Below, in pieces: positions 30,431 to 38,498 of a stretch of 47,353 nucleotides of DNA; position 1 is the first letter of the stretch, and each line of letters opens with the position of its first letter. The notes under the pieces were generated by a model. The model was not told the DNA's origin and searched no databases. It saw only the letters and a program-made list of their open reading frames with translations. The stretch is from Gemmatimonadota bacterium (GTDB lineage Bacteria; Gemmatimonadota; Gemmatimonadetes; Palauibacterales; Palauibacteraceae). The position numbers were made by a program, and so were the translations under genes. Location: assembly GCA_046758745.1 (NCBI GenBank), contig JBHIAV010000018.1, positions 1-47,353 of the forward strand. The letters are read 5' to 3'.

Positions 30431-30964
30431 TCAGGATCCGATGCGGGGAGGCTTGTCTATGGCGGCGGGGAGAAGTCTCTCGTGCGTTGGCTGCGGCGCA
30501 CGCCGCTTCCGGACGCGCCGCGTCGCCGTAGCGGGACCGATCGACGACGCCGAGGGGACGCCGAGCCCGCCGAGGAGGGCGATGGTGAGGCCGTCCGGAA
30601 GAGGGTTGCCGGAGGAGGGACAGGTGCAGTCGATAGGGACACCGCTCCCTCGTCCGGCGGAATCGCCGTCGGTCCGCGTTCCGGGAGATGCGTGATGGCC
30701 AACCGGCGGGAAGGCCGTCGCCTCCCGGCGCTGGTGCCCCGCCTCACGATCCCCGGTGTGGGTCGCGTGCCTGTGGTGCGGGCAGCGGAAAGAGAGGACG
30801 GAGGAGTGCTCCAGTCCCGCGCAGAAGAGGGTCGGTGCCTCCAGCGCCTGCAGGAGCACCAGCGGCCCCACCAGGGCGCTCAACAGCACGCGGCCGGCAC
30901 CTCCCAACCCGCCTCTTCTGGCCAGCGATGCGATCGACATCCTCAACCCACGCGAAAGACGCAT
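30431..30964 (-). CDS. His/Cys-rich exported protein ending in a PP motif (DUF2946/CzcI-like)
   Basis: N-terminal hydrophobic segment; FC, CPHHRHATH, GHH, CTC; C-terminal IDKPPRIGS. Confidence 0.6.
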   Translation of the reverse strand: MRLSRGLRMSIASLARRGGLGGAGRVLLSALVGPLVLLQALEAPTLFCAGLEHSSVLSFRCPHHRHATHTGDREAGHQRREATAFPPVGHHASPGTRTDGDSAGRGSGVPIDCTCPSSGNPLPDGLTIALLGGLGVPSASSIGPATATRRVRKRRAPQPTHERLLPAAIDKPPRIGS

Positions 30965-31007
30965 TCCGGACCGCCGAGTATGGAAAACCGGGCTGGCCGC
31001 GTCAACC

Positions 31008-31442
31008 TCAGGGACTCTCGGCGTCCACCGACGCGAGCTCCTCAAGGATGGCCTCGGCCACCTGCTCCCCCATCTCCCTCAGATCCTCCCACTCGTGGAA
31101 CTGGTGCAGGATCCGGGGCCGTGTTCGCTCGACGCCGCCGTCGTCCCGGCGGAGGAGGACCGAGCTCGCGATGGCGGCATCGTACCGGCCCCGCTCGAGC
31201 TCGAGGACGCTCACCACATACTCCAGGCACACCTGTCCCTTCCCCAGCCTGTCCAGGCTTCGCAGGACCGGAACGTCGAGGGCGATCAGGCGCTCGGCGA
31301 TGAAATGCCGGAGCGTGCGGTCGGCGAGGGTGGGTTCCTCCGCCGAAGTGGTGACGATCACGACCTGCGCCTCGAGCGGTCGGACGACGGGCGAGGCGAG
31401 CGCTACAGCGAAGAGCACGGCTGGTCGGACGGCAACCCTCAT
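31008..31442 (-). CDS. Small secreted hypothetical protein
   Basis: GAGGGG RBS; signal peptide ending LEA-Q; 144 aa. Confidence 0.65.
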   Translation of the reverse strand: MRVAVRPAVLFAVALASPVVRPLEAQVVIVTTSAEEPTLADRTLRHFIAERLIALDVPVLRSLDRLGKGQVCLEYVVSVLELERGRYDAAIASSVLLRRDDGGVERTRPRILHQFHEWEDLREMGEQVAEAILEELASVDAESP

Positions 31443-31549
31443 TTTCTCGGCCCCTCATCCGGAATCCGGCGCGGCGTCTGCCCGCTCGCACGAACGGCTG
31501 ACCTTACAACACGCGTTCCGACGCCGCGTTCCGCCTGAGGCTTTCGTCC

Positions 31550-32347
31550 TCAGCGGCGCCAGGAGACGCCGATGCCCAGGAAGTAGTTGGGTTCCGGATC
31601 GTCGAGGCCCAGTCCGGCCCGCCAGTCGAGTTGCACATCCCGGCCGAAAAGCAGCGTGAGGCCCGCGTCGACGAAATGGGTGGTGGGGCCGCCCCCTCGC
31701 TCGGGAAAGAACCCGAAGTACTCGAGGAACGCGCCCCACCGCTCGGTCAGACCAAGGCCGACGGCGACGCTCCCGAAGAGCTCGTCGATTCGTTCATCTC
31801 CGTCGGCGCGGTTCTCGTACCCGAGATTGGAGCCGACGGAGACGCGATCGGAGAGCTCCCACGCCGCCGCGAGGATCGCCGACGGCTGGACCTCGTCCTC
31901 TCCTACCTCCTCGGCGCCGGTGGGCAGGATGAGCGCACCGAGTAGGGAAATGTCGGGGACCAGCCGGCTCGCCCCCGCGTCCCGCCTCAGAAATCTGACC
32001 TTGGCGCCCAGCGAGAGATCTTCCAGGCCGCTGGCGTGGCTGTCGGGCGCATCGATCACCGCAACGGAGTTGAGCCCGATGCGCGCCTCCAGGGGTTCGA
32101 GGACACCCAGTCGCACCAGGACTTCCCCGATCGAGTGCTGCTTCTCCGAGCTCAGGCGGGTGAACGTGTAGCCGCCCTCCAGCTGGAAGCGGCCGGGCGC
32201 AACCGTCGCGGCGCTCTCGGTGAAATCCGGCCGGTCGGTGATGATCGGCTCGCCCACTTCCTCTTGCGCGTCCAGCCGAACCGGTTCAGCCAGGCCGGTG
32301 AGAGCGGCCAGCACGGCGGCCGTAGCTCGAAGGCGGAGCTTCGTCAT
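31550..32347 (-). CDS. Outer-membrane channel, MetA-phenol-degradation/SphA ('transporter') family
   Basis: Signal peptide; TDRPDFTESA..V.PGRFQLEGG, SGLEDLSLGAK, LPTG, VQLD, terminal GVSWRR. Confidence 0.88.
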   Translation of the reverse strand: MTKLRLRATAAVLAALTGLAEPVRLDAQEEVGEPIITDRPDFTESAATVAPGRFQLEGGYTFTRLSSEKQHSIGEVLVRLGVLEPLEARIGLNSVAVIDAPDSHASGLEDLSLGAKVRFLRRDAGASRLVPDISLLGALILPTGAEEVGEDEVQPSAILAAAWELSDRVSVGSNLGYENRADGDERIDELFGSVAVGLGLTERWGAFLEYFGFFPERGGGPTTHFVDAGLTLLFGRDVQLDWRAGLGLDDPEPNYFLGIGVSWRR

Positions 32348-32401
32348 CTTCGTCGCTTCCGGTGGCTCGGGTCGCGCCCGCCGCCCGTAGGGGGGAGGCA
32401 G

Positions 32402-32440
32402 TTTAGAAAAGACTAAAGAATAAATTAGCCAGGTCTAATT
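32402..32440. promoter_or_regulatory. Two tandem DtxR/MntR-family operator palindromes
   Basis: TTTAG-AAAAGA-CTAAA (32402-32417) and AATTAG-CCAGGT-CTAATT (32423-32440); TTAG-N6-CTAA cores 22 bp apart in an AT-rich island. Confidence 0.78.
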
Positions 32441-32444
32441 ATCA

Positions 32445-32474
32445 ACGATACCAGGGCGGCCGCCGGCGTGTCAA
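32445..32474 (-). promoter_or_regulatory. Sigma-70 promoter for the 32347-29200 operon
   Basis: TTGACA(32474-32469)-N18-TATCGT(32450-32445) with extended TGn; predicted TSS falls in the operator at 32423-32440. Confidence 0.75.
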
Positions 32475-32863
32475 TCGGGGCGTGGCAGCCCGCGGGCATG
32501 CCGATCGGGGCGGGAAAAGCGGTGGGCGGGGTGCCGGCAGCGGCTTCGGGATCGGGGACGGTGGAGCTGGGCGAGTACCCGGACGTTGCCGCACCGGGGC
32601 TCCACCGCCCGCAGATCATCGGCGCCTTCGCTCCCCCGGCTGCCACCGGATGAATCCGTACCCTCTGCTCTCCGAACGCCCGGGTCGGGCGCATCTCCAC
32701 CGGTGGTTCGGCCAAAGGCGTCCAGTGCCTCTTGGAACGCCTCGACCAGTTGAGGCATCAGGAGGTACACCGGCGGCTCCTCGCCGGGGAAGCGAGCCAC
32801 ATAGCTATCCAGAAGCTGGTCCCTGCGGGCGATCTCGCGATCGCTCGCGCTCCCTTCATGCAT
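32471..32863 (-). CDS. Hypothetical protein
   Basis: Starts 13 nt after the PilX-like stop with a GAGG RBS; first ~55 aa look helical, the rest is low complexity. Confidence 0.35.
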   Translation of the reverse strand: MHEGSASDREIARRDQLLDSYVARFPGEEPPVYLLMPQLVEAFQEALDAFGRTTGGDAPDPGVRRAEGTDSSGGSRGSEGADDLRAVEPRCGNVRVLAQLHRPRSRSRCRHPAHRFSRPDRHARGLPRPD

Positions 32864-32876
32864 CCGAATCGTCCTC

Positions 32877-34052
32877 TTACATGCTCTCGAACCAGGTTCC
32901 CGGCATCTCGGAGTACTGGAGCGGGCCGGAGGTCATCCACTGCCTCGCGTCCCTCACGTTGCACGAGTTGTACTTGATCGTCTTGTTCCCGTTGCCGAGG
33001 TCGCTCACATTTGTCGACTCGCCAAGCAGGAGATTGAGTCCCGTGACCAGCGCGCCCTCGATCTCCGAGTAGCCGTTGGACCTATAGGCACCGCCGACGA
33101 GTATCAACCCATCCCAGTGCAGGGGGTCGAGGTTATTCTGAACCCATTGATCCTTGTTGTTGTTGCCGGTAAACGTCAAATCTCCTCGCACGATGAGCGT
33201 TCCCCGCCCGTTCAACGGACCCGTGGCTTGTGTTTGTTCTACCTCGTACACGGAGGACGGATTGTCAATGTAGATCACCGGCCACTCGTCGGCGGGAAGG
33301 CTGCCGAAGTCCGGCCAGCTGTTGGGCGGGATCGTGTAGTCGGGGGTGACCGCCGTGCCGTCCACGATCCCCTCCCAGTCGATGCCGCTGTCCTGTAGGA
33401 GCTGGAGCCCAGACTTCGAGTCGTCGATATTGGGATCCCCCTTCGGTACCAGATCCTCCCCTTTCCCTCCGCCTTTCTTCCCACCACCCCCCCCTCCGGA
33501 CTGCGTGTAGCCACCGGGCGGCACGGTCACGCCGGCCACCGAGGGCGCGGGCGCGCTGGGGCAATCAGCCGGGGTTGCATCATCGTGCCCCGAGATGATG
33601 CCCGAGGTCCCGTCCTTGAGGATACCCGCGCTCGACGTGAAGGCGGCTAGGGGCGAGAACAGGCCGGGGCTGGCGATGGCGATGGTGCGCACGGTCCGGG
33701 TGGACACGCCCCCCACGGGGGGGGCGTAGGTGCCGACCGAGGTGATCTGGTACAGCGTCTGGCCGACGGCGACGCTGAGGAACGGCTCGCCCCACACGGT
33801 GGCCGTGCCGTTGGTGAAGGCGTACGTGAGCGTGTCGGTCCCCGGAGCCTGGCTCCCGAGGTACTCGTAGAGGCCGGCGTTCGCCACCTGGTCGGCGTAG
33901 GCGCTCGCCTGGTGGTTGCCGCTTACCCGGTAGTCTGCGTCCGACAGGAGGAAACCGGCGGTGGCCAACGCCGTCAGCCCTACCAACACCAGCAGTGATA
34001 CGAGCAGGGCGAAGCCGCCCTCGCGGCTCGGCTGTGTCTCCCGGTCAATCAT
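32877..34052 (-). CDS. PilX-like type IV minor pilin
   Basis: Class III signal REGG|FALLVSLLVLVGLTALA without Glu5, then A..VANAGL; C-terminal GTLIVRGDL and W.GLILVGG repeats. Confidence 0.8.
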   Translation of the reverse strand: MIDRETQPSREGGFALLVSLLVLVGLTALATAGFLLSDADYRVSGNHQASAYADQVANAGLYEYLGSQAPGTDTLTYAFTNGTATVWGEPFLSVAVGQTLYQITSVGTYAPPVGGVSTRTVRTIAIASPGLFSPLAAFTSSAGILKDGTSGIISGHDDATPADCPSAPAPSVAGVTVPPGGYTQSGGGGGGKKGGGKGEDLVPKGDPNIDDSKSGLQLLQDSGIDWEGIVDGTAVTPDYTIPPNSWPDFGSLPADEWPVIYIDNPSSVYEVEQTQATGPLNGRGTLIVRGDLTFTGNNNKDQWVQNNLDPLHWDGLILVGGAYRSNGYSEIEGALVTGLNLLLGESTNVSDLGNGNKTIKYNSCNVRDARQWMTSGPLQYSEMPGTWFESM

Positions 34053-34467
34053 CGTGTCGTCTCTCGCTCTCTAGTTGGCGCTGCCCTGTTGGCAGGTTGC
34101 CCCTCCCTCCAATTTGCGGGCGCCCTCACTTGCCACGGGGGGACGGCCGCCAAGCCCGCGGTGGTCCAAAGCCGGATGCCGGATCTTCAACGGGCAACCG
34201 AGGGACCGCGCTCTCGCGTGCACGCTAGGGCTCGTTACGTGTTGTCCGATCAATGCTTATTCCCTGGCTCGTCCGTCTCCGTGTGGCGCGAAGCCCACAC
34301 GGGTCCGCCGGCCTTGCACGGCACATCGCCGCACAACATCGCGAAATGCAAAGAGTGCCCGAAGCGGCACCCGACAGGGTCACCGGTACGCCCTGGTCCG
34401 AGGGAGCGCGACCGAGGAAACGGGCGATCCCTTCGGCCGAATCCGATGGCCCGCGTGCGCCACGATC

Positions 34468-36702
34468 CTATCGCCAGGCCGGCCAGGCTCCCTCCCAGGC
34501 GAGGGAGAGGGCTGTCTCCCCATCGGTGAGTCCACGAGCAGCATCGATCCGGAGTTCGCCGGCGGCTCCGAATCCAGCCAATCGAAGGCCCACGCCCGCG
34601 TCGATGAGCAGCTCGGACGGGCCGGTGGCCGGTGAGCGCTTCCAGGCACGAGCGGCGTCGACGAAGACACCCAGCCCAAACGCGAGAGGCGGCGCGATCG
34701 GCCACCAGGCGTCGCCGCGCACTCCCCCGTACGCCACGATCCTACCGAACACCTCTCCCTGAATGACGCCCGACTCCAGAAGCGGATGGGCTCGGAGAAG
34801 GACGTCCCGCCCGGACCCCGTTCCGGCCCCGGGCCAGATGGAACGAGGCGCGGAAGGCGTGGCGAGGAGCACGCCCCCCTTCGCACCCGCGACCCAACCG
34901 TTGCGGAGACGAGCGGACCGACCTGCCAGCCCGAACTCGACGGCGGCGAAGGTCTCCTCCACTCCCAGCCCCTTCCAGCCCTCCCCCTCGAGCCGCACCG
35001 ACATCAGATCGCCGGCGGTCCGGAGCTCCAGGGAGGTGGACACGGCCACATAGCGTCCCCGCTCCGTCCAGCTATCTGCCGCGGCGCCGCCTTCCCACCG
35101 GACGTCCGCTCCGACCCAGCGAGCAAAGGAGATCCCTCCGCGGTACCGGGTCTCCTGGCGAATCGCTTCCCCGGAGGCGTCCGGGGCCGGTTCGCTTTCG
35201 CCCACACGGTACGACTCGCTCTGCCAGAGTCCCTCGACACGCCAAAGCCCCTTCAACCCGAATGCCCCCGGGACAGCCAGCTCCAGGCCGACCCGGGGCC
35301 GTCGCTCCGCCCACCGCCAGGAGCCGCTCCACAGCTCGCCCGCTCCCGAGGGCCCCGCCAGCCGCAAAACCACCTCGCGCGCGGGCAGGGAGCGCAGTGC
35401 GGTGGCCGCCAGCCCGAGAGGGGGATCGAGAAACACCGGACGTTCCACGACGGCGATCTCGACGTCGGCAACCCGCGGCCGCGTAGGAAGATAGGAGACG
35501 CGTCCGGCGGAGAAGGCGGGGAGCGAGCGAAGCCGTCGCTCCGTTCGCCGGAGAAGCGCCGGAGTTAGCAGGGCGTGCGCCGGTACCGCCAGGTGCTCCT
35601 GCACCGAACGGTAGCGTGTGCGCCGCAGACCGTACACGCGGACGAGCTCCGCTTGCGGCTCCCCCGCGCGGTTCCAGGCCTCGAGGGCCTCCACCTCCTT
35701 GCCCTGCATGAACCTGCTCGCTCCGAGGATTCGGGACGCGTGTTCGTCACCTGGCGTCAAACGCAGGGCGCGCGCGGCCAATCGCTCGGCCTCCTCCCAC
35801 CGCTTCCCCCGGAACCGGAGTCCCGCGAGCTCCCGCCACGGGGCCGCCGTGTGGGGACAGCCGGAAGCCGCGGCCCTGAGCACCGAATCCGCAGAAGAGG
35901 GATCCCGCCGGCGAGCCAGCTCTACACCTGCCCGAACCAACTCGGCGCAGTCGGCGGACGATGACAGAAGAGGCGCCGGCCCAACCGCCGGATCTGCCCG
36001 GCCGCCTGCCGGCTCAGCCGATTCGGGCGGGCGGGGTCGACCTCCGAGGGATCGCCAGCCAGAGGCCGATCGTTCCACGGCCTGGTGCGGCTGTTCGGCT
36101 GCCACACGGAGAGGCGGAAGGATGAGAAGCGACCAGCGCTCGGAAGGGACCCACATGCGCTCGAACTTCTCGGCCGCCAGCGTCATGAAGGGCGCCCACG
36201 CCGGATCGTGCAGAAGGACGGTGCTTCCTCGAACAGCGACGATCACGACATAGTGGAATCGGCCGGGACGCACCTCCAGCAGGACGATGACCGGCCGGCC
36301 GCGACTCACATGATGCGCGAGCTCGGCGATGTCACCCCGGAACGCCAGCGCCCGCCATCCCCTCCTTCTCACCTCACGGGCAAGGCTCTGTGTGGCGATT
36401 CCTCGCGTCTCCCCGCCGAGCAGGGAAGCGAACTCCGTGGGATCGGGGCCTGTACCGGCCCAGTACCGCATGGCCATCGCTGCGGCCGCGGCCCCGCACA
36501 GGGCCTCGCTTTGCGGTAGGTACGGTACATCGAGAATCCGAAGTGCCTCGTGCAGCGTGGCTGAGAACGCCGGGCCCGCCTCAGGAGCTGTCTGCGGCGT
36601 GCGAGCCGCAGCGGGGGTCGGCATCAGGGATGCCTGCACGAGCAGGAGGGCCGCGAACCACGCCTGCACCGGCCATGCTCGAGACGAGCGGCCGCTACGC
36701 AA
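34468..36702 (-). CDS. C39-like cysteine peptidase (PA2778-like) fused to TPR, POTRA and Omp85-type barrel
   Basis: Signal peptide; VPYLPQSEALCGAA (Cys), FHYVV (His), LHDP (Asp); TPR helices; POTRA-like VYGLRRT...RRL..LPAF...IAVVER; barrel LLRAHP, FVDAA, DAGVGLR. Confidence 0.82.
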   Translation of the reverse strand: MRSGRSSRAWPVQAWFAALLLVQASLMPTPAAARTPQTAPEAGPAFSATLHEALRILDVPYLPQSEALCGAAAAAMAMRYWAGTGPDPTEFASLLGGETRGIATQSLAREVRRRGWRALAFRGDIAELAHHVSRGRPVIVLLEVRPGRFHYVVIVAVRGSTVLLHDPAWAPFMTLAAEKFERMWVPSERWSLLILPPLRVAAEQPHQAVERSASGWRSLGGRPRPPESAEPAGGRADPAVGPAPLLSSSADCAELVRAGVELARRRDPSSADSVLRAAASGCPHTAAPWRELAGLRFRGKRWEEAERLAARALRLTPGDEHASRILGASRFMQGKEVEALEAWNRAGEPQAELVRVYGLRRTRYRSVQEHLAVPAHALLTPALLRRTERRLRSLPAFSAGRVSYLPTRPRVADVEIAVVERPVFLDPPLGLAATALRSLPAREVVLRLAGPSGAGELWSGSWRWAERRPRVGLELAVPGAFGLKGLWRVEGLWQSESYRVGESEPAPDASGEAIRQETRYRGGISFARWVGADVRWEGGAAADSWTERGRYVAVSTSLELRTAGDLMSVRLEGEGWKGLGVEETFAAVEFGLAGRSARLRNGWVAGAKGGVLLATPSAPRSIWPGAGTGSGRDVLLRAHPLLESGVIQGEVFGRIVAYGGVRGDAWWPIAPPLAFGLGVFVDAARAWKRSPATGPSELLIDAGVGLRLAGFGAAGELRIDAARGLTDGETALSLAWEGAWPAWR

Positions 36703-37084
36703 CGAGGATGAGGATCAGGACGAGAAGGCCGATGATGATCGCAGTGGTGGAGATGACGACCTTCTTCTCGCCACCCGCGAGGACCGCCTCCACCCGACTA
36801 GCCTCGGAGGCCACCCGCCGCAGCTCTTGGCCCTCGAGGGTGCCAACGGCGTCCTCCGCACGGGCAAGATCAATCCCGTAGCGTTCGGCCACCGCGCTCA
36901 CCTCGGTACGCCCCAGGGTCTGCCGGATCGCCTCTCGATCCGCTTCGCTCTCGGATGCCTTCTGAGCAACGGCGCTCTGAAGCTCCGACTCCTCAAGGAC
37001 GTGTGCCTGCTGAGCCGGCAGCAGGCTGGGGAGCGCACCTACCGCCAGGAGTCCGATTGCCGCACTCGCCACAGGTAACTGCAT
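36695..37084 (-). CDS. PA2779-like exported precursor with AGG motif and hydrophobic tail
   Basis: GGAGG RBS, ATG 37084; signal peptide; LEGQEL...LAGG followed by EKKVVISTTAIIIGLLVLILILVA; overlaps the peptidase start. Confidence 0.8.
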   Translation of the reverse strand: MQLPVASAAIGLLAVGALPSLLPAQQAHVLEESELQSAVAQKASESEADREAIRQTLGRTEVSAVAERYGIDLARAEDAVGTLEGQELRRVASEASRVEAVLAGGEKKVVISTTAIIIGLLVLILILVA

Positions 37085-37193
37085 TTCACTCCTCCAGAGA
37101 CTCGGGGGGAATCGTGTAACGAACCCGGGGCTCTCCAAACCACGAGCACGCCGCGCAACGCCGGCCGCCACGGGTGCAACTCCCGTACGCTGC

Positions 37194-37625
37194 TTGGCAG
37201 CGCACGGATCTATCCCTGTAAGTGACAGCGCCCAGAAGCGTTACACAGATTCGGAATGGCTCTCTGACCTGCCGGTGCGTTCTGTAGGCCCGCCAGACCC
37301 TGCCGGCGATCTGCAAAGTTTGCGGAAGACGTGGCCGACGAGGGAGAGCCAGGGCAGCGGCACGTCTCCGCTCCGGGCCGAGCCGCGCAAGAAGGGTCAA
37401 AGCCCCGAAGAGATCGAGCGCGAGAGCGAGGCGGGGCATCGCGCGCCCGAGTTGCGCCTGCCCGACGTAGCGTGCGATCGGCTACATGTGCTCGGACGGG
37501 AGCTGTACACCGATGATGGCCAGCCATATGGGGATGGCTGCCACGTGATGCTCACCGCCCAAGAGGGTGGAGATCGGTGGACTTACTGCGCCGACGGCAG
37601 GTTCGGGTTCACGGGATCGACATAA
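37194..37625 (+). CDS. Hypothetical ORF or remnant
   Basis: Open frame only; no family recognised. Confidence 0.2.
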   Translation: MAAHGSIPVSDSAQKRYTDSEWLSDLPVRSVGPPDPAGDLQSLRKTWPTRESQGSGTSPLRAEPRKKGQSPEEIERESEAGHRAPELRLPDVACDRLHVLGRELYTDDGQPYGDGCHVMLTAQEGGDRWTYCADGRFGFTGST

Positions 37626-37679
37626 TCGCGGATGGGCGGGAGAGCTGGGCCTTGCCCGAGGGCGGGAAACAGGCCGTTC

Positions 37680-38222
37680 TTATTCAACTCGCTCCCAGAA
37701 GTCGGTGAACTCCCCTTCAATGGTCGCGGTGATCTTGTCGCCCTCGAAGATCACCGTAGGCTCTTGATAGAGCGGAAAGACAACCTCGATGAGTCCGTTT
37801 TCTGTCGTCACAGGCGACGAGCCACTTGGGCCGGACAGATCGTAGCTTAGCCCGCCGCCGCCGATCTCATCGTTCACCATGCGGTAGATGCTCGTCTCGC
37901 TGTACTCCGTAGCGGTCAGCGCGTAGTTGGCGATGTAGGAAACGGAGTAACGCCGACCTTCGGCATCGCTCACCATGATGTTGAAGTTTCTGTAGTTCTT
38001 CGTGTAGGTGATTAGTCCTACCACATCTGGCGGCTCTTGCGTGGTACCGTCCGGCAACTCGCGCGAGACCAGGCGGTACGTGCCCTCGATGCTGAACGAT
38101 TCGCCCTGTTCCGTTGTTGCTGCCTCTTCGGCGGTGGATTGCTGCTCTTCAGCAGGAGCACACGCGGCAAGGACCATTGTGGCAGAAAGCACCAAGCCGA
38201 CAAGCGGGTTGCGCGGCATCAT
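37680..38222 (-). CDS. Lipoprotein with lipocalin-like domain
   Basis: GAGG RBS; LAAC lipobox; IEGTYRLVS start and terminal WERV. Confidence 0.75.
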   Translation of the reverse strand: MMPRNPLVGLVLSATMVLAACAPAEEQQSTAEEAATTEQGESFSIEGTYRLVSRELPDGTTQEPPDVVGLITYTKNYRNFNIMVSDAEGRRYSVSYIANYALTATEYSETSIYRMVNDEIGGGGLSYDLSGPSGSSPVTTENGLIEVVFPLYQEPTVIFEGDKITATIEGEFTDFWERVE

Positions 38223-38498
38223 CGGAACCTCAAGGGTCGAGAGGGTCGGCAGCAACAGCCGAAATGTTGATGGGGCCGACACTGACTATTTTACCGCCGC
38301 GCGAGCAGCTTCGCGAATCAAGCTTTGCGCCCTCGCCCACAACCCCCCCAGCTCCCGCTCGATCCCTCGGACCCTTTCTACCGGCCTCCGCCGCCTACCT
38401 GGAAACGGGCGGCGTCGCGACCGGCGTGGGAGCTGGCGGCCTGCTGCATGCCCTGGCGCGGAGGCTGGAGCAAGAGGCCGAAGTAGCGACCACTCTCC

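Noticed and set aside
33130-33180. AAC-rich codons in the PilX-like gene as a DGR repeat
   Set aside because: No paired template/variable repeat and no reverse transcriptase in the window
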